Source of the DNA: Candidatus Thorarchaeota archaeon
GTDB taxonomy: Archaea > Asgardarchaeota > Thorarchaeia > Thorarchaeales > Thorarchaeaceae
Assembly: GCA_048882485.1 (NCBI GenBank)
Contig: JBHLRP010000082.1
Span: 1 to 10,763 of the forward strand
Reading direction: 5' to 3'
DNA: 10,763 nt
Shown: positions 1-8,240 of the stretch, in pieces
Layout: each line of letters opens with the position of its first letter
How positions within the stretch are numbered: position 1 is the stretch's first letter
Made by a program: the position numbers and the translations under genes
The notes under the pieces: generated by a model
The model's database searches: none
Told to the model about the DNA's origin: nothing
Seen by the model: the letters and a program-made list of their open reading frames with translations, nothing else

Positions 1-159
1 AGGTTGAGAAGTTGACAGAATCGTTCGAATTTCTCTTCACTCATTGGATTACAGAGTACATGATGCTTGTGTGTAATGTCATAATACTTCCATTTGTCCA
101 TTTACATCAACTCCATACCTGTTGACTCGAAGACGCTCTTGGAAATAAATATTCGAGGA

Positions 160-182
160 TTCAAATCCCACCTGGCCCGCCA
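160..182 (+). repeat. tRNA 3'-end-like direct repeat, copy 1 (23/23 to consensus)
   Basis: ttcaaatcccacctggcccgcca, followed by a further CCA and a T-rich tract. Confidence 0.95.
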
Positions 183-220
183 CCAATCCATTTTTGCTCA
201 ATTTTGATTACACGGTAAAT

Positions 221-874
221 TTACAGACCCATTGCTATGAGGAATACTAGAAATGGGAGATTCACACAATACATGAAGAAGCTACTTGCTGGATGAGTGG
301 TTGGCGTCCTGCAGACCAACCTGGCGTAGTCTGCAATTTCTTCAGTACTTGAAAAGAGAGCCAATGGCTCAAGTCGATGCCTTACATTTTCGATTCTAAT
401 CTGCTTCAACTCATTTTCTTGTCGCATTCTCCAAAACGATGTGGGCAAAACCATGACTGAAAAAAAGAGAGGGCCTAATACCGATGAGTCTAGTCCTGAT
501 GGAGCGAATGCCACCAAGTAGATTGAGATGACGAGAACAATCAGGGGATACAACCAGGGATAAAAGAAATCGTGCATAAAGTACTCACGATATGATGCAA
601 ACCCTGACCTTGCTTCTATTTGACTTGCAGATGATGCAAGGCAGAGCTTGACGCCTGAGTCTAGATCCGTGTCCCTTAATCGAATCTTTAAGATTCCTTC
701 AGCATCAATGAAATAATCACATGAGCGCTTTCTAAGGGAGTCGACCTCTTCAAACTCAATCTCAACCCCCTGCAGTTTAATATCTTTGTACTCCTCTAGC
801 CCCATCTCACGACTCTTGTTGAGGACCATCTCTTCAGATGCAATCTTTAGTTCTCCATCTGAAAGTGCAGTCAC
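221..874 (-). CDS. hypothetical membrane protein (about 3 TM segments in the C-terminal half)
   Basis: 217-aa ORF filling the interval between repeats 1 and 2; hydrophobic stretches; no family recognised. Confidence 0.7.
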   Translation of the reverse strand: MTALSDGELKIASEEMVLNKSREMGLEEYKDIKLQGVEIEFEEVDSLRKRSCDYFIDAEGILKIRLRDTDLDSGVKLCLASSASQIEARSGFASYREYFMHDFFYPWLYPLIVLVISIYLVAFAPSGLDSSVLGPLFFSVMVLPTSFWRMRQENELKQIRIENVRHRLEPLALFSSTEEIADYARLVCRTPTTHPASSFFMYCVNLPFLVFLIAMGL

Positions 875-957
875 CTCTTACATGCCTCGAATCTGAGTTC
901 TTCAAGCAACCATTTGCCTTAATCAAGATAAACTATAGCAAGGATGTTTTCAGGTGG

Positions 958-980
958 TTCAACCCCTACCTGTCCCACCA
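958..980 (+). repeat. tRNA 3'-end-like repeat, copy 2 (18/23)
   Basis: (gg)ttcaacccctacctgtcccacca in an intergenic gap. Confidence 0.8.
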
Positions 981-1019
981 TCTGATTTTGAGTAGTTCAG
1001 CTTCTTTTGGGGTATGGAA

Positions 1020-1541
1020 TCATTGATACTTGTACAGTCTTGAATCGACCTTTCTCCATATGCCGGTCTGGTTGCTGAAAGCCTTTCTTTCTTCTTCAGT
1101 TGTGGGCAATATATCAAAAGTACAATTCTCATCGCCACAGGCTTCGCACGTCAGATGAATCAGTTTCGTTTCAGGACTCTCTGCCATGCTCTTAGCTGCA
1201 TCCATATAACAATACAAATAGCCCACATCAGACGCATCCTGCTCTTGGAAAACCTTGGCTAGATTACATCCTCTTGCGAAATAACGTCCCTCTTCGTCTT
1301 GGCCTGAGTCATCATAAACACCGAAAGATGGTAGGTCGGGTAGGCTGCTCTGAACTCTTTTTGCTATTCTCTGACCATAGTCAATGATTGCCTTGGCAAC
1401 CAGATCCTTTCCTCTTTCTTCACTTAGCTCCTGAACTATGGTCTTCGAGAAAGCTATGTGAAGCAGAGCTAGCCTCGAAACCAAGCCCTCAACAGCCCGC
1501 TTTGCTTCTTGCATTGATATAGTATTGAATTGCTCATTCAT
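1020..1541 (-). CDS. L-2-amino-thiazoline-4-carboxylic acid hydrolase-like (ATC hydrolase / V4R-like) protein
   Basis: Motif pattern A..YG.RIA, C.LA..F, GYLYC..D.A and C..GD..C.F typical of this family; GGTGG SD-like motif upstream. Confidence 0.7.
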   Translation of the reverse strand: MNEQFNTISMQEAKRAVEGLVSRLALLHIAFSKTIVQELSEERGKDLVAKAIIDYGQRIAKRVQSSLPDLPSFGVYDDSGQDEEGRYFARGCNLAKVFQEQDASDVGYLYCYMDAAKSMAESPETKLIHLTCEACGDENCTFDILPTTEEERKAFSNQTGIWRKVDSRLYKYQ

Positions 1542-1615
1542 TGGTAGCTGCCACCACTTGGGTAAACAAAACAGATGAGAATTCCTGACAATTTATCTGT
1601 CTTATCATCCTAGTA

Positions 1616-1638
1616 TTCAAATCCCACCTGGCCAGCTT
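1616..1638 (+). repeat. tRNA 3'-end-like repeat, copy 3 (20/23)
   Basis: ttcaaatcccacctggccagctt. Confidence 0.92.
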
Positions 1639-1752
1639 TTCCCGCGAGATGCTCCTCGAAGTGCTCAGCTTTGGAGCAAGACTCATTACAGAGTTCCTTT
1701 CATCACTGTATTTCGGAAATAGGGGGAGATCAACCTGTCTATTCCCACCGAA

Positions 1753-2481
1753 GTGATGCTTGTCCTAATGGCGATAACGATTGCAATCTATCTCGTGGTA
1801 ATTCTAGGTATCATTCTAATTGTGCGAAGAATCACTCGTCCTCCAGACCAAGAGCTCTTGGCAGGAGTGTCTGTTCGTGTTGCTGCATTTGGTATCGATT
1901 TTGCAATCATAGCAGTTTTCCATGAGATCCTGCTGTCTGTAATAGCCGGATACCCCCCAGTAATTCTGTTTTCTTTTCTCTATATGGGACCATACGCTAT
2001 TTTTTCATTTCCCATAATGATACTAACCGTCATGTTTTCCTATTTGTTCTTCTTTCTCTATCTTCTCTTTCCATATGGGATAATCTACTTTGGGAGTACA
2101 TTCTATATCATGGCAGTTGGCTTCGGGTATTTTCTCTTACTCGAGTCGCTTACTAGAGGAAAGACAGTGGGTAAGGCAATACTGAGAATCAGAACAGTCA
2201 AACGTGATGGCAAGAATCCAATCTCAGTAAGAGAGGGGGTCATGAACGCGCTTGGGAAATCTGTTCTCTTGTGGGACCTAATAATTGGACTAGTGGCACG
2301 TTCTATGCACGCATCTCGCGCGGAACAAAAGCAAATCCGAGCCACGCAGCAGCTTTCAGATGTGGTTGTGGTAAACACGCGCCTCGATAGCACACAACAA
2401 GTCCAGTTTGAGGGACCAGACTGGTGGAAAGAGCAAGACTCCAAAGAATCGGATATTTGGGAGGATGAGAAAGGTGGTTGA
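1753..2481 (+). CDS. RDD family membrane protein
   Basis: LAGVSVRVAAFGIDFAI (RDD signature R..A..ID) and YFLLLES..G.TVGK.IL.IRTV. Confidence 0.85.
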   Translation: MMLVLMAITIAIYLVVILGIILIVRRITRPPDQELLAGVSVRVAAFGIDFAIIAVFHEILLSVIAGYPPVILFSFLYMGPYAIFSFPIMILTVMFSYLFFFLYLLFPYGIIYFGSTFYIMAVGFGYFLLLESLTRGKTVGKAILRIRTVKRDGKNPISVREGVMNALGKSVLLWDLIIGLVARSMHASRAEQKQIRATQQLSDVVVVNTRLDSTQQVQFEGPDWWKEQDSKESDIWEDEKGG

Positions 2482-2497
2482 AGAACGCGGACCCCGT

Positions 2498-3175
2498 TTG
2501 GGAAATGATACGAGAAGAAGATCATTTCTCCTGACGATGTTTGGAGCCATCCAGTCATTTGTCCTGATACCTATTGCCGCACTATGCTATGCTGGTGGGA
2601 CCGAGTCCAACGCGAGTTCTCCCGGATTTTCAATTACTGAGAATTTTCTGAGCGACTTGGGAATGATCACAGCTTATTCAGGTCAGCCAAACCTCGTCTC
2701 ATCACTTCTCTTCAATATAACATTGTTCTTGCTTGGAGCCCTTCTAATTCTCTATTTTCTTACCATGCCCAACTTCTTCAAAGGGCATAAGGAGGCTAAA
2801 TGGCTTAGTATCGCGGGCTCCGCAACTGGAGTTTTCATGGCTGCTACATTCATAGGGGGAAGTCTTACACCTGCAGATATCTTTCGGCCAATTCATCTCA
2901 TGTTTGGCGCAATGGCATTTGCATCCGCACTTCCTGTGGTGATATTCTATACATTGGCAATTCTCTTGGATAGTGATTATCCCAACTGGAATGCGATTGG
3001 ATTTGCACTTTTGGGAGCTGTTATCCTTGTCTATCTGGTTCTTTTGCTGAATGGGGGAGCGTCAGGTGAAATCGCGATTTACTTCACCCTAGGACAGAAG
3101 ATAGTGGTCTTCTCCATCCTTCTATGTTTCTTGATAGAGGCTTATGGTGCATTGCTAGTCACGAAGGAAAGCTAA
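2498..3175 (+). CDS. DUF998-like multi-pass membrane protein (start uncertain: 2465, 2498 or 2537)
   Basis: FS.TENFLSDLG motif, H...G..AF and terminal GQK motifs, about 6 TM helices; the 2408 start overlaps the RDD gene and is unlikely. Confidence 0.7.
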   Translation: MGNDTRRRSFLLTMFGAIQSFVLIPIAALCYAGGTESNASSPGFSITENFLSDLGMITAYSGQPNLVSSLLFNITLFLLGALLILYFLTMPNFFKGHKEAKWLSIAGSATGVFMAATFIGGSLTPADIFRPIHLMFGAMAFASALPVVIFYTLAILLDSDYPNWNAIGFALLGAVILVYLVLLLNGGASGEIAIYFTLGQKIVVFSILLCFLIEAYGALLVTKES

Positions 3176-3198
3176 CGCAGTCTTTTCGTCACGTGGGC

Positions 3199-3221
3199 TT
3201 GAAATCCCACCTTGCCCGCCA
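3199..3221 (+). repeat. tRNA 3'-end-like repeat, copy 4 (21/23), preceded by GTGGG complementary to CCCAC
   Basis: gtgggc-ttgaaatcccaccttgcccgcca; nearly intact T-arm hairpin. Confidence 0.92.
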
Positions 3222-3225
3222 TATA

Positions 3226-4194
3226 CTACTCAACCCTCCAGGCATAGTATTGCTGAGTGTATTGTTCTTTGAAACCAAACTTTGTGTACAGACCAATTGC
3301 TGGGTTGCTGCTCTTGTCCGCTTCAAGTGTAGCAATTTTGATTCCATCTTCTTGAAGTCGTTTAAATGACTCATGGAGAACCGATTTCATTATTCCTTGT
3401 CTGTGATGTTTTGGAACAACACCGACAGGGCCAAAGTGTGCACTATCCTCGTTCACTCTAACGACATTGAAACCTACCACTTCATCATCTTTCATTACAA
3501 GAATCGTAGATCTATGAAATGGTTGGCTTCTTCTAAACCAATAATTGAATACGGTCTTTTGTTGGGAACTTGTCAAATCCACGAATGCTCTATCTGATTC
3601 TACTGAAAACGAATCTAAGACTGGTGACTCAAGATCATCATTGGTAACATTATCTATGCTTTCGAAACGGAATCCCTCTGGAAGTGAAGGTTGAGCAGAT
3701 GGTAGTTGATGATTCTGTATATCCACCTGCATGAACACCTCTTCAGTTGTTCTGTAAAGACCAGACTTCTCACACCAAGACTTGTACTCCCTGTAAACCT
3801 CTGCATGTTCTTGTTTAATTGGAATAAGGTTCATTTCGAATCTCCTGAATCCGTTTTCCTTAGCGTAGTCCTTGCAGAACTGAATCATTTCCATTGCAAT
3901 TTCTTCTCTTTTATCACCATAATGGATTCTTGGATGCCAATTTCCTGCTAGGACCATTTCTGGAAATCCAGTAAAGATTCTCAATACTCCTACAATTTTC
4001 CCTTTGGCTGTCGCAATCAAAACTAGTGCATTCTCATTATTCACCATTCTCTGGAATGATTGTTCAAGACTCTCTCTTGTTCGATCCTCTCTGTGAAAGA
4101 CTGTATCTTTTGCAGCTTCGAACATGAATGAAGCCAATTTAGGAATATCCACATCTTTGAATTTGCTAATTGTAATTTCGACCATAGGTATCAC
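3226..4194 (-). CDS. tandem-domain GNAT family N-acetyltransferase (start 4194 GTG or 4185 ATG)
   Basis: C-terminal VGVVPKHHRQGIMK acetyl-CoA motif A and N.PAIGLYTKFGF motif B; second GNAT-like domain in the N-terminal half. Confidence 0.9.
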   Translation of the reverse strand: MIPMVEITISKFKDVDIPKLASFMFEAAKDTVFHREDRTRESLEQSFQRMVNNENALVLIATAKGKIVGVLRIFTGFPEMVLAGNWHPRIHYGDKREEIAMEMIQFCKDYAKENGFRRFEMNLIPIKQEHAEVYREYKSWCEKSGLYRTTEEVFMQVDIQNHQLPSAQPSLPEGFRFESIDNVTNDDLESPVLDSFSVESDRAFVDLTSSQQKTVFNYWFRRSQPFHRSTILVMKDDEVVGFNVVRVNEDSAHFGPVGVVPKHHRQGIMKSVLHESFKRLQEDGIKIATLEADKSSNPAIGLYTKFGFKEQYTQQYYAWRVE

Positions 4195-4231
4195 GCTCCT
4201 ACTCGAGTAGGGACTGATTCAATAGACATAG

Positions 4232-4241
4232 GATAACTTTC
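4232..4241 (-). promoter_or_regulatory. putative archaeal BRE/TATA-like element for the GNAT gene
   Basis: GAAAGTTATC on the minus strand about 40 nt upstream of the start; identical decamer upstream of the divergent 4453 gene. Confidence 0.4.
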
Positions 4242-4380
4242 TGAAACTGACTGCACCTAGGTAGATGAATGCAGCTTGAAAAAGTTGGGGTTCACTCACA
4301 ACTTGGAGATAGTATCAAGCCAATGATAGAAGTAACTATATTCCTACGTAATGTCATTGTCTTCAGCATACCATTAGGGG

Positions 4381-4403
4381 TTCGAATCCCACCTGGCCCG
4401 CCA
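4381..4403 (+). repeat. tRNA 3'-end-like repeat, copy 5 (23/23)
   Basis: (gggg)ttcgaatcccacctggcccgcca. Confidence 0.97.
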
Positions 4404-4412
4404 TATACTTCT

Positions 4413-4422
4413 GAAAGTTATC
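4413..4422 (+). promoter_or_regulatory. putative archaeal BRE/TATA-like element for the 4453 gene
   Basis: GAAAGTTATC ending 30 nt before the ATG at 4453. Confidence 0.4.
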
Positions 4423-4452
4423 AATAGACTCCGACGAAATTCTCAAAGCAAT

Positions 4453-5187
4453 ATGATGCATATAGAAACTAGACGCTTGAATGGAGGTTCGCAATTGACC
4501 GGAGACGGTGCAGAGGTTGATGCAGTCCCTGACGAGGTTGCAGCACTAGCCAATCTGTTCCAAGTCTTTGGTGGAGTATTGCTGATTCTTTTCTCTATGT
4601 TGCTTTTCATGACAACCGGTCTCCTGATGAATTGGATAGGAAGGACCTTCTTTGGCGTAGATCTTATACAAGCGCAGTATCCTTCAATATTAGAGATATC
4701 AATCAGCATTGTATTCAGTATCGGTTTGTTCGTTCTGTTTCTAATGGTCATTTTCTGGGCCCTTCCAATCAAGATGCATCAATTGAATGATAGCTTGTTA
4801 CAGGGCACTGGGCTAATTCTTCTTGTTTACCCATTGATGACTGTTAAACAGGTTATTCATTATGATCTGCCCGCAATTTTCACCTTTGGCATAGAAACAC
4901 CCTACTGGTTTGTCTACTCGATTATTGGATTCATTCTGCTTTTGCACCCAATGATGATGAAAAACAATCGTTTGAGGAGAGAGGTTGATTCAATTTTGCT
5001 TGTTTTGCCAGTGGTTCTTAGTATATTGATTGTCATCTTGACTTTTCTACAGATTGCGGAGGTAGTCATTGCTGGGGCGATTTACACGGCTTTTCTAATC
5101 ATCTCCCCCCTCGCTGTGATTTCCTCCACAATCATGCATATTCTACTTCCTGATGAACTTGGTAAGAAGACATTCTCAATGTCCTAA
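4453..5187 (+). CDS. hypothetical multi-pass membrane protein (about 6 TM)
   Basis: 244-aa hydrophobic ORF filling the interval between repeats 5 and 6; the true start may be downstream. Confidence 0.7.
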   Translation: MMHIETRRLNGGSQLTGDGAEVDAVPDEVAALANLFQVFGGVLLILFSMLLFMTTGLLMNWIGRTFFGVDLIQAQYPSILEISISIVFSIGLFVLFLMVIFWALPIKMHQLNDSLLQGTGLILLVYPLMTVKQVIHYDLPAIFTFGIETPYWFVYSIIGFILLLHPMMMKNNRLRREVDSILLVLPVVLSILIVILTFLQIAEVVIAGAIYTAFLIISPLAVISSTIMHILLPDELGKKTFSMS

Positions 5188-5200
5188 AGACCAGATGGAG

Positions 5201-5223
5201 CGAAATTCCCGCCTAGCCCGCCA
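5201..5223 (+). repeat. tRNA 3'-end-like repeat, copy 6 (17/23)
   Basis: cgaaattcccgcctagcccgcca. Confidence 0.8.
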
Positions 5224-5285
5224 TTTCTCTGAATTTTCAGTTTCTCAAGCAACATCTATAGGCTAGTGTGTTTCGAAGTTGGTGC

Positions 5286-5768
5286 ATGAGCCTCTCAATC
5301 AGGAAAGGTCTTAGTTTTGGTCTGACATCTGGAGTCATAACAACACTTGGAATGGTGGTAGGAGTTAATGCGAGCACGAGTTCACGCCTAGCTGTGATCG
5401 CTGGCATTGTTGCGATAGCGATTGCTGATGCATTCTCCGATGCGGTCGCTATGCATGTGTCAGAGGAATCGGAAGGTGGTCATTCCCGACGAGAAGTCAT
5501 GGAGGCAACAACAACAACATTTCTCGCCAAGTTCATATTCGCTATGACATTTGTGCTCCCAATTTGGTACTTGCCACTTGATGTAGCAGTCATGATAGAT
5601 ATTGTCTGGGGACTATCAATTATGACAGTGTTCAATTTTCTGCTAGCACGTTCACAGGATGAAAGCAAATTCAGGGTAATCGTAGAACATTTGGCAATAG
5701 CCATTGTCGTCATTTTGATAACATATATCGTGGGATTATCTCTTTCCACAATTATCTCAGACGCATGA
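5286..5768 (+). CDS. VIT1/CCC1 family transporter-like membrane protein
   Basis: FGLTSGVITTLG..VG and AIAIADAFSDA.AMHVSEES motifs; ATG at 5286 preceded by GGTG. Confidence 0.85.
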   Translation: MSLSIRKGLSFGLTSGVITTLGMVVGVNASTSSRLAVIAGIVAIAIADAFSDAVAMHVSEESEGGHSRREVMEATTTTFLAKFIFAMTFVLPIWYLPLDVAVMIDIVWGLSIMTVFNFLLARSQDESKFRVIVEHLAIAIVVILITYIVGLSLSTIISDA

Positions 5769-5790
5769 AAACCTGTTACCACAAAAACTC

Positions 5791-5813
5791 TTCAAATCCC
5801 ACCTAGCCCGCCA
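5791..5813 (+). repeat. tRNA 3'-end-like repeat, copy 7 (22/23)
   Basis: ttcaaatcccacctagcccgcca. Confidence 0.95.
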
Positions 5814-5827
5814 TCAACTCTCTTTAT

Positions 5828-6481
5828 TCATAAATACCGGCGAACCCGCTTCTTGTATGCACGATAGTCCTCACCAAAACGGTCCTCAAGGAACTTCTCT
5901 TCTAGTAGAATTCTGAAATGTTGATTGACGAGGAATATGACAAGTGCTAGGCCTGTAAGAAGACTCGGGAGAATGAATACCCACCCAATCATCGCAATAT
6001 GTATGCCCAGATAGAGCGGATTTCGAGAGTGAGCATACCACCCATCTGTCATCAGCCTCGTTCCCTCCTCCTCTTCAGGGATGAGCAATCTGATACTGCT
6101 ACCAAGATGGAAGAATGCAGTCAAAAATATCAATGTTCCAATAAACGTCAATCCAGCACCTACAAGCCTCAAGGCCTCCAGTATGCTTGTGTCCAAGGGC
6201 ACCATGATAAAGACAAAGTCGATTGCGATTGCTGGGACCCAGATGTAGAGTACCGTAAGAGCCGTAAGATAGAGAAAACTTAGCAAAGCTAAGGGTATGA
6301 CCACATACCCCCACTTTGGAATATCACTAGGCATTATTCCAACAAAACTCGAAATACCGTCGAGTCTTCTCTTAATTACAATTAATCCAAGGATTGTTGC
6401 GACCAACCAGAATAACGCCAGAGAGATTCTTGCAATCAACGCTCTCCCCAATCTTGGTGGTAGGCCATAGTGCTTATACAT
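5828..6481 (-). CDS. isoprenylcysteine carboxyl methyltransferase / PEMT family membrane protein (probable true start TTG at 6439)
   Basis: L.TDGWYAHSRNPLYLG and RILLEEKFLEDRFGEDYRAYKKRVRRYL signatures; GGGGAG SD before TTG 6439 and TATAAG at 6478-6473. Confidence 0.88.
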   Translation of the reverse strand: MYKHYGLPPRLGRALIARISLALFWLVATILGLIVIKRRLDGISSFVGIMPSDIPKWGYVVIPLALLSFLYLTALTVLYIWVPAIAIDFVFIMVPLDTSILEALRLVGAGLTFIGTLIFLTAFFHLGSSIRLLIPEEEEGTRLMTDGWYAHSRNPLYLGIHIAMIGWVFILPSLLTGLALVIFLVNQHFRILLEEKFLEDRFGEDYRAYKKRVRRYL

Positions 6482-6504
6482 CTAATCATACGCTGTGATC
6501 CAAT

Positions 6505-6527
6505 CTCGAATCTCACTTGGCTCGCCA
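6505..6527 (+). repeat. tRNA 3'-end-like repeat, copy 8 (19/23)
   Basis: ctcgaatctcacttggctcgcca; all mismatches are transitions. Confidence 0.85.
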
Positions 6528-6550
6528 TTCTACTTTGAGCTATGCAGGGC

Positions 6551-7117
6551 TCAAAAACTGTCATTCAAAGGATGGTCATATTTCTCCAAAAACTCTGTCC
6601 TTAGAATGTCCATGATGACAACGTCATGTCGTTCCCCATCGCGGCATCCCAGCTCACGCAGTCTGCCCTGTGACTTGAACCCGATATTCTCATAGAAGCT
6701 GATTGCCCCCTTATTGAATGCTTCAACCCACAGGTAGACACTATGAAGTTCCAACACTGAGAAGGCCATGTTTAGCAAGACCTTCAATGCATCTGCTCCA
6801 TATCCTCTGCCTCTGCGCTCTAAATCAAAGATCGCAAAATGACCAATCTCGCCAAATCGACTAATCCAACTGATGCTTGCAAGACTTATGACTCCTATCA
6901 GCTGATTATCTTCTAGAGTTTCAATCCCAAATGTTATCATGCTGCTATTTTCAAACGCCTCGTTTATACTCTCGATATACCTGACCATGTCTTCGTTGCT
7001 CATAGGAAGGGAAATGGGCAGATACCTATCCAAATCGTAGACATTCCAGTGGGGTAGGATTGTGGGCGCATCGCTCGGATTTAGTTTCCGGAGTCGCACC
7101 ACTTTTCCTTGATACAT
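6551..7117 (-). CDS. RimJ/RimL-type GNAT N-acetyltransferase
   Basis: G..V.LR.L N-terminus; RRGRGYGADAL, N.GAISFYENIGFKSQGRLRE and G.RHDVVIMDILR.EF motifs. Confidence 0.92.
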   Translation of the reverse strand: MYQGKVVRLRKLNPSDAPTILPHWNVYDLDRYLPISLPMSNEDMVRYIESINEAFENSSMITFGIETLEDNQLIGVISLASISWISRFGEIGHFAIFDLERRGRGYGADALKVLLNMAFSVLELHSVYLWVEAFNKGAISFYENIGFKSQGRLRELGCRDGERHDVVIMDILRTEFLEKYDHPLNDSF

Positions 7118-7143
7118 GCGCTATCGCATATACTTCCTAGTGA

Positions 7144-7153
7144 ACGTATTTAA
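7144..7153 (-). promoter_or_regulatory. putative TATA box (TTAAATACGT)
   Basis: About 30 nt upstream of ATG 7117; identical decamer at 8083-8074 upstream of the 8030 gene. Confidence 0.5.
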
Positions 7154-7192
7154 TGGTTATGAATCATGATTCTTAATCATTCAGACTGGCCG

Positions 7193-7215
7193 TCCGAATT
7201 CCAATTGGCCCGCAA
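7193..7215 (+). repeat. tRNA 3'-end-like repeat, copy 9 (18/23)
   Basis: tccgaattccaattggcccgcaa. Confidence 0.8.
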
Positions 7216-7225
7216 TCTAATTCTC

Positions 7226-7606
7226 TCAGGTCTGGTTCTGTGCCAAGAATGAAGAAACATCCACTTGGGAGGGATCCTCTATCTTTAGTAGAGCCATGAG
7301 GAGACTATGAACGAATATCTCACTCATCCCAAATGTTGGGCATATTACGAAGACCTCAGAGCCTTCAAGATTTGAATCAATCCAGAACATAGCTGTCAAT
7401 AATAGAGGCTCTGGTTTAAACAGCAGCTCCCACTCCCATATTATTAGATGCCTACCATCTATACGACGATTGACCTTGGATTTCATTGTAAGTCGTGAAT
7501 TCCATGATCGGCCTCTGACTTTATTCCAATGAATTGGAACACTGACAAGGTTCCGGTCAATTTGATCCAAATCGACGTCTTTGAGTGTAAGTGATATCAT
7601 ACGCAA
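7226..7606 (-). CDS. hypothetical protein (ATG 7600 is an alternative start)
   Basis: 126-aa ORF fitting neatly between repeats 9 and 10; no family recognised. Confidence 0.55.
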   Translation of the reverse strand: MRMISLTLKDVDLDQIDRNLVSVPIHWNKVRGRSWNSRLTMKSKVNRRIDGRHLIIWEWELLFKPEPLLLTAMFWIDSNLEGSEVFVICPTFGMSEIFVHSLLMALLKIEDPSQVDVSSFLAQNQT

Positions 7607-7661
7607 ATTGGAGTCAGACTATGCAGAGATAAGGGTTAGCACGAACATCACCTTGATACGG

Positions 7662-7684
7662 TTCGAATCCCACCTGGCCCGCCA
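7662..7684 (+). repeat. tRNA 3'-end-like repeat, copy 10 (23/23)
   Basis: (gg)ttcgaatcccacctggcccgcca. Confidence 0.97.
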
Positions 7685-7802
7685 ACTTCTTCTAATTATG
7701 CCTCATCTAGCAAAAAGAGATAGGGAGTTTCCCAAAGATGCTCCCTTTATCGAATTGTACTTCAAAAATGCTCAGAACAATCAATCTTGGCTGGGCTGGA
7801 AT

Positions 7803-8030
7803 CTAGTCCGCATTACGCATCGTGGTGTAGGCATCGATGATACGCCACAATCCATGCACAACTACGAACGCTAGCACACTCCATGTTATCATATTCGCAT
7901 AAGTGCTTGTTGTAAATAGTGTGCCACCAATTTCGTATATGTATGGAATCACAGCAAAAATCAGGATAATTTCCAAAATTCCCATGATTAGTTGACCTAC
8001 AAAACGTGGTTTTGCTACTCCTTTCTTCAT
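7803..8030 (-). CDS. small two-TM membrane protein
   Basis: 75 aa with two hydrophobic helices; strong SD GGGGAGGT (8048-8041) and TATA-like box upstream. Confidence 0.75.
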   Translation of the reverse strand: MKKGVAKPRFVGQLIMGILEIILIFAVIPYIYEIGGTLFTTSTYANMITWSVLAFVVVHGLWRIIDAYTTMRNAD

Positions 8031-8073
8031 TTTTCCGAAGACCTCCCCTTAGGGTGTGTATTCGTTCATTAAC

Positions 8074-8083
8074 ACGTATTTAA
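8074..8083 (-). promoter_or_regulatory. putative TATA box (TTAAATACGT)
   Basis: Upstream of the SD and ATG of the 8030 gene; same decamer as 7153-7144. Confidence 0.5.
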
Positions 8084-8110
8084 CTGGTATCTCTGCTTTG
8101 ACTATTTGCT

Positions 8111-8133
8111 CAAAAATCCTACCTAGCCCTCCA
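8111..8133 (+). repeat. tRNA 3'-end-like repeat, copy 11 (17/23)
   Basis: caaaaatcctacctagccctcca. Confidence 0.75.
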
Positions 8134-8240
8134 TCAAATCTCGATTCTCATAGATACGATTTCAATAATCAAACTAGACACCATTCTGTTTGAATCCCCT
8201 TTCTACTCCTAGAATTCGAGTATCAATCTGGCTGGCCATC

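Noticed and set aside
23-46. Possible extra repeat copy gttcgaatttctcttcactcattg
   Set aside because: Only about 12/23 matches, mostly the TTCGAAT core. Too weak to count, though it may be a remnant.
2470-2500. Expected repeat between the RDD and DUF998-like genes
   Set aside because: No match found, so these two co-oriented adjacent genes are treated as one two-gene cassette.
4330-4403. Intact tRNA gene or split-tRNA half (also considered at about 110-185 and 7610-7684)
   Set aside because: There is no upstream GGGCYRG acceptor 5' strand, D-arm or anticodon arm. Only the last 23-27 nt are tRNA-like.
4219-4429. 9-nt direct repeat tcaatagac at 4219 and 4421
   Set aside because: Short, AT-rich and seen only twice; not distinguishable from chance and no element is evident between the copies.
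7581-7874. 97-aa + strand ORF, and similar ORFs 838-1026, 3124-3369, 3189-3374 and 6495-6695
   Set aside because: They run across repeats and overlap better-supported genes; no recognisable protein features.
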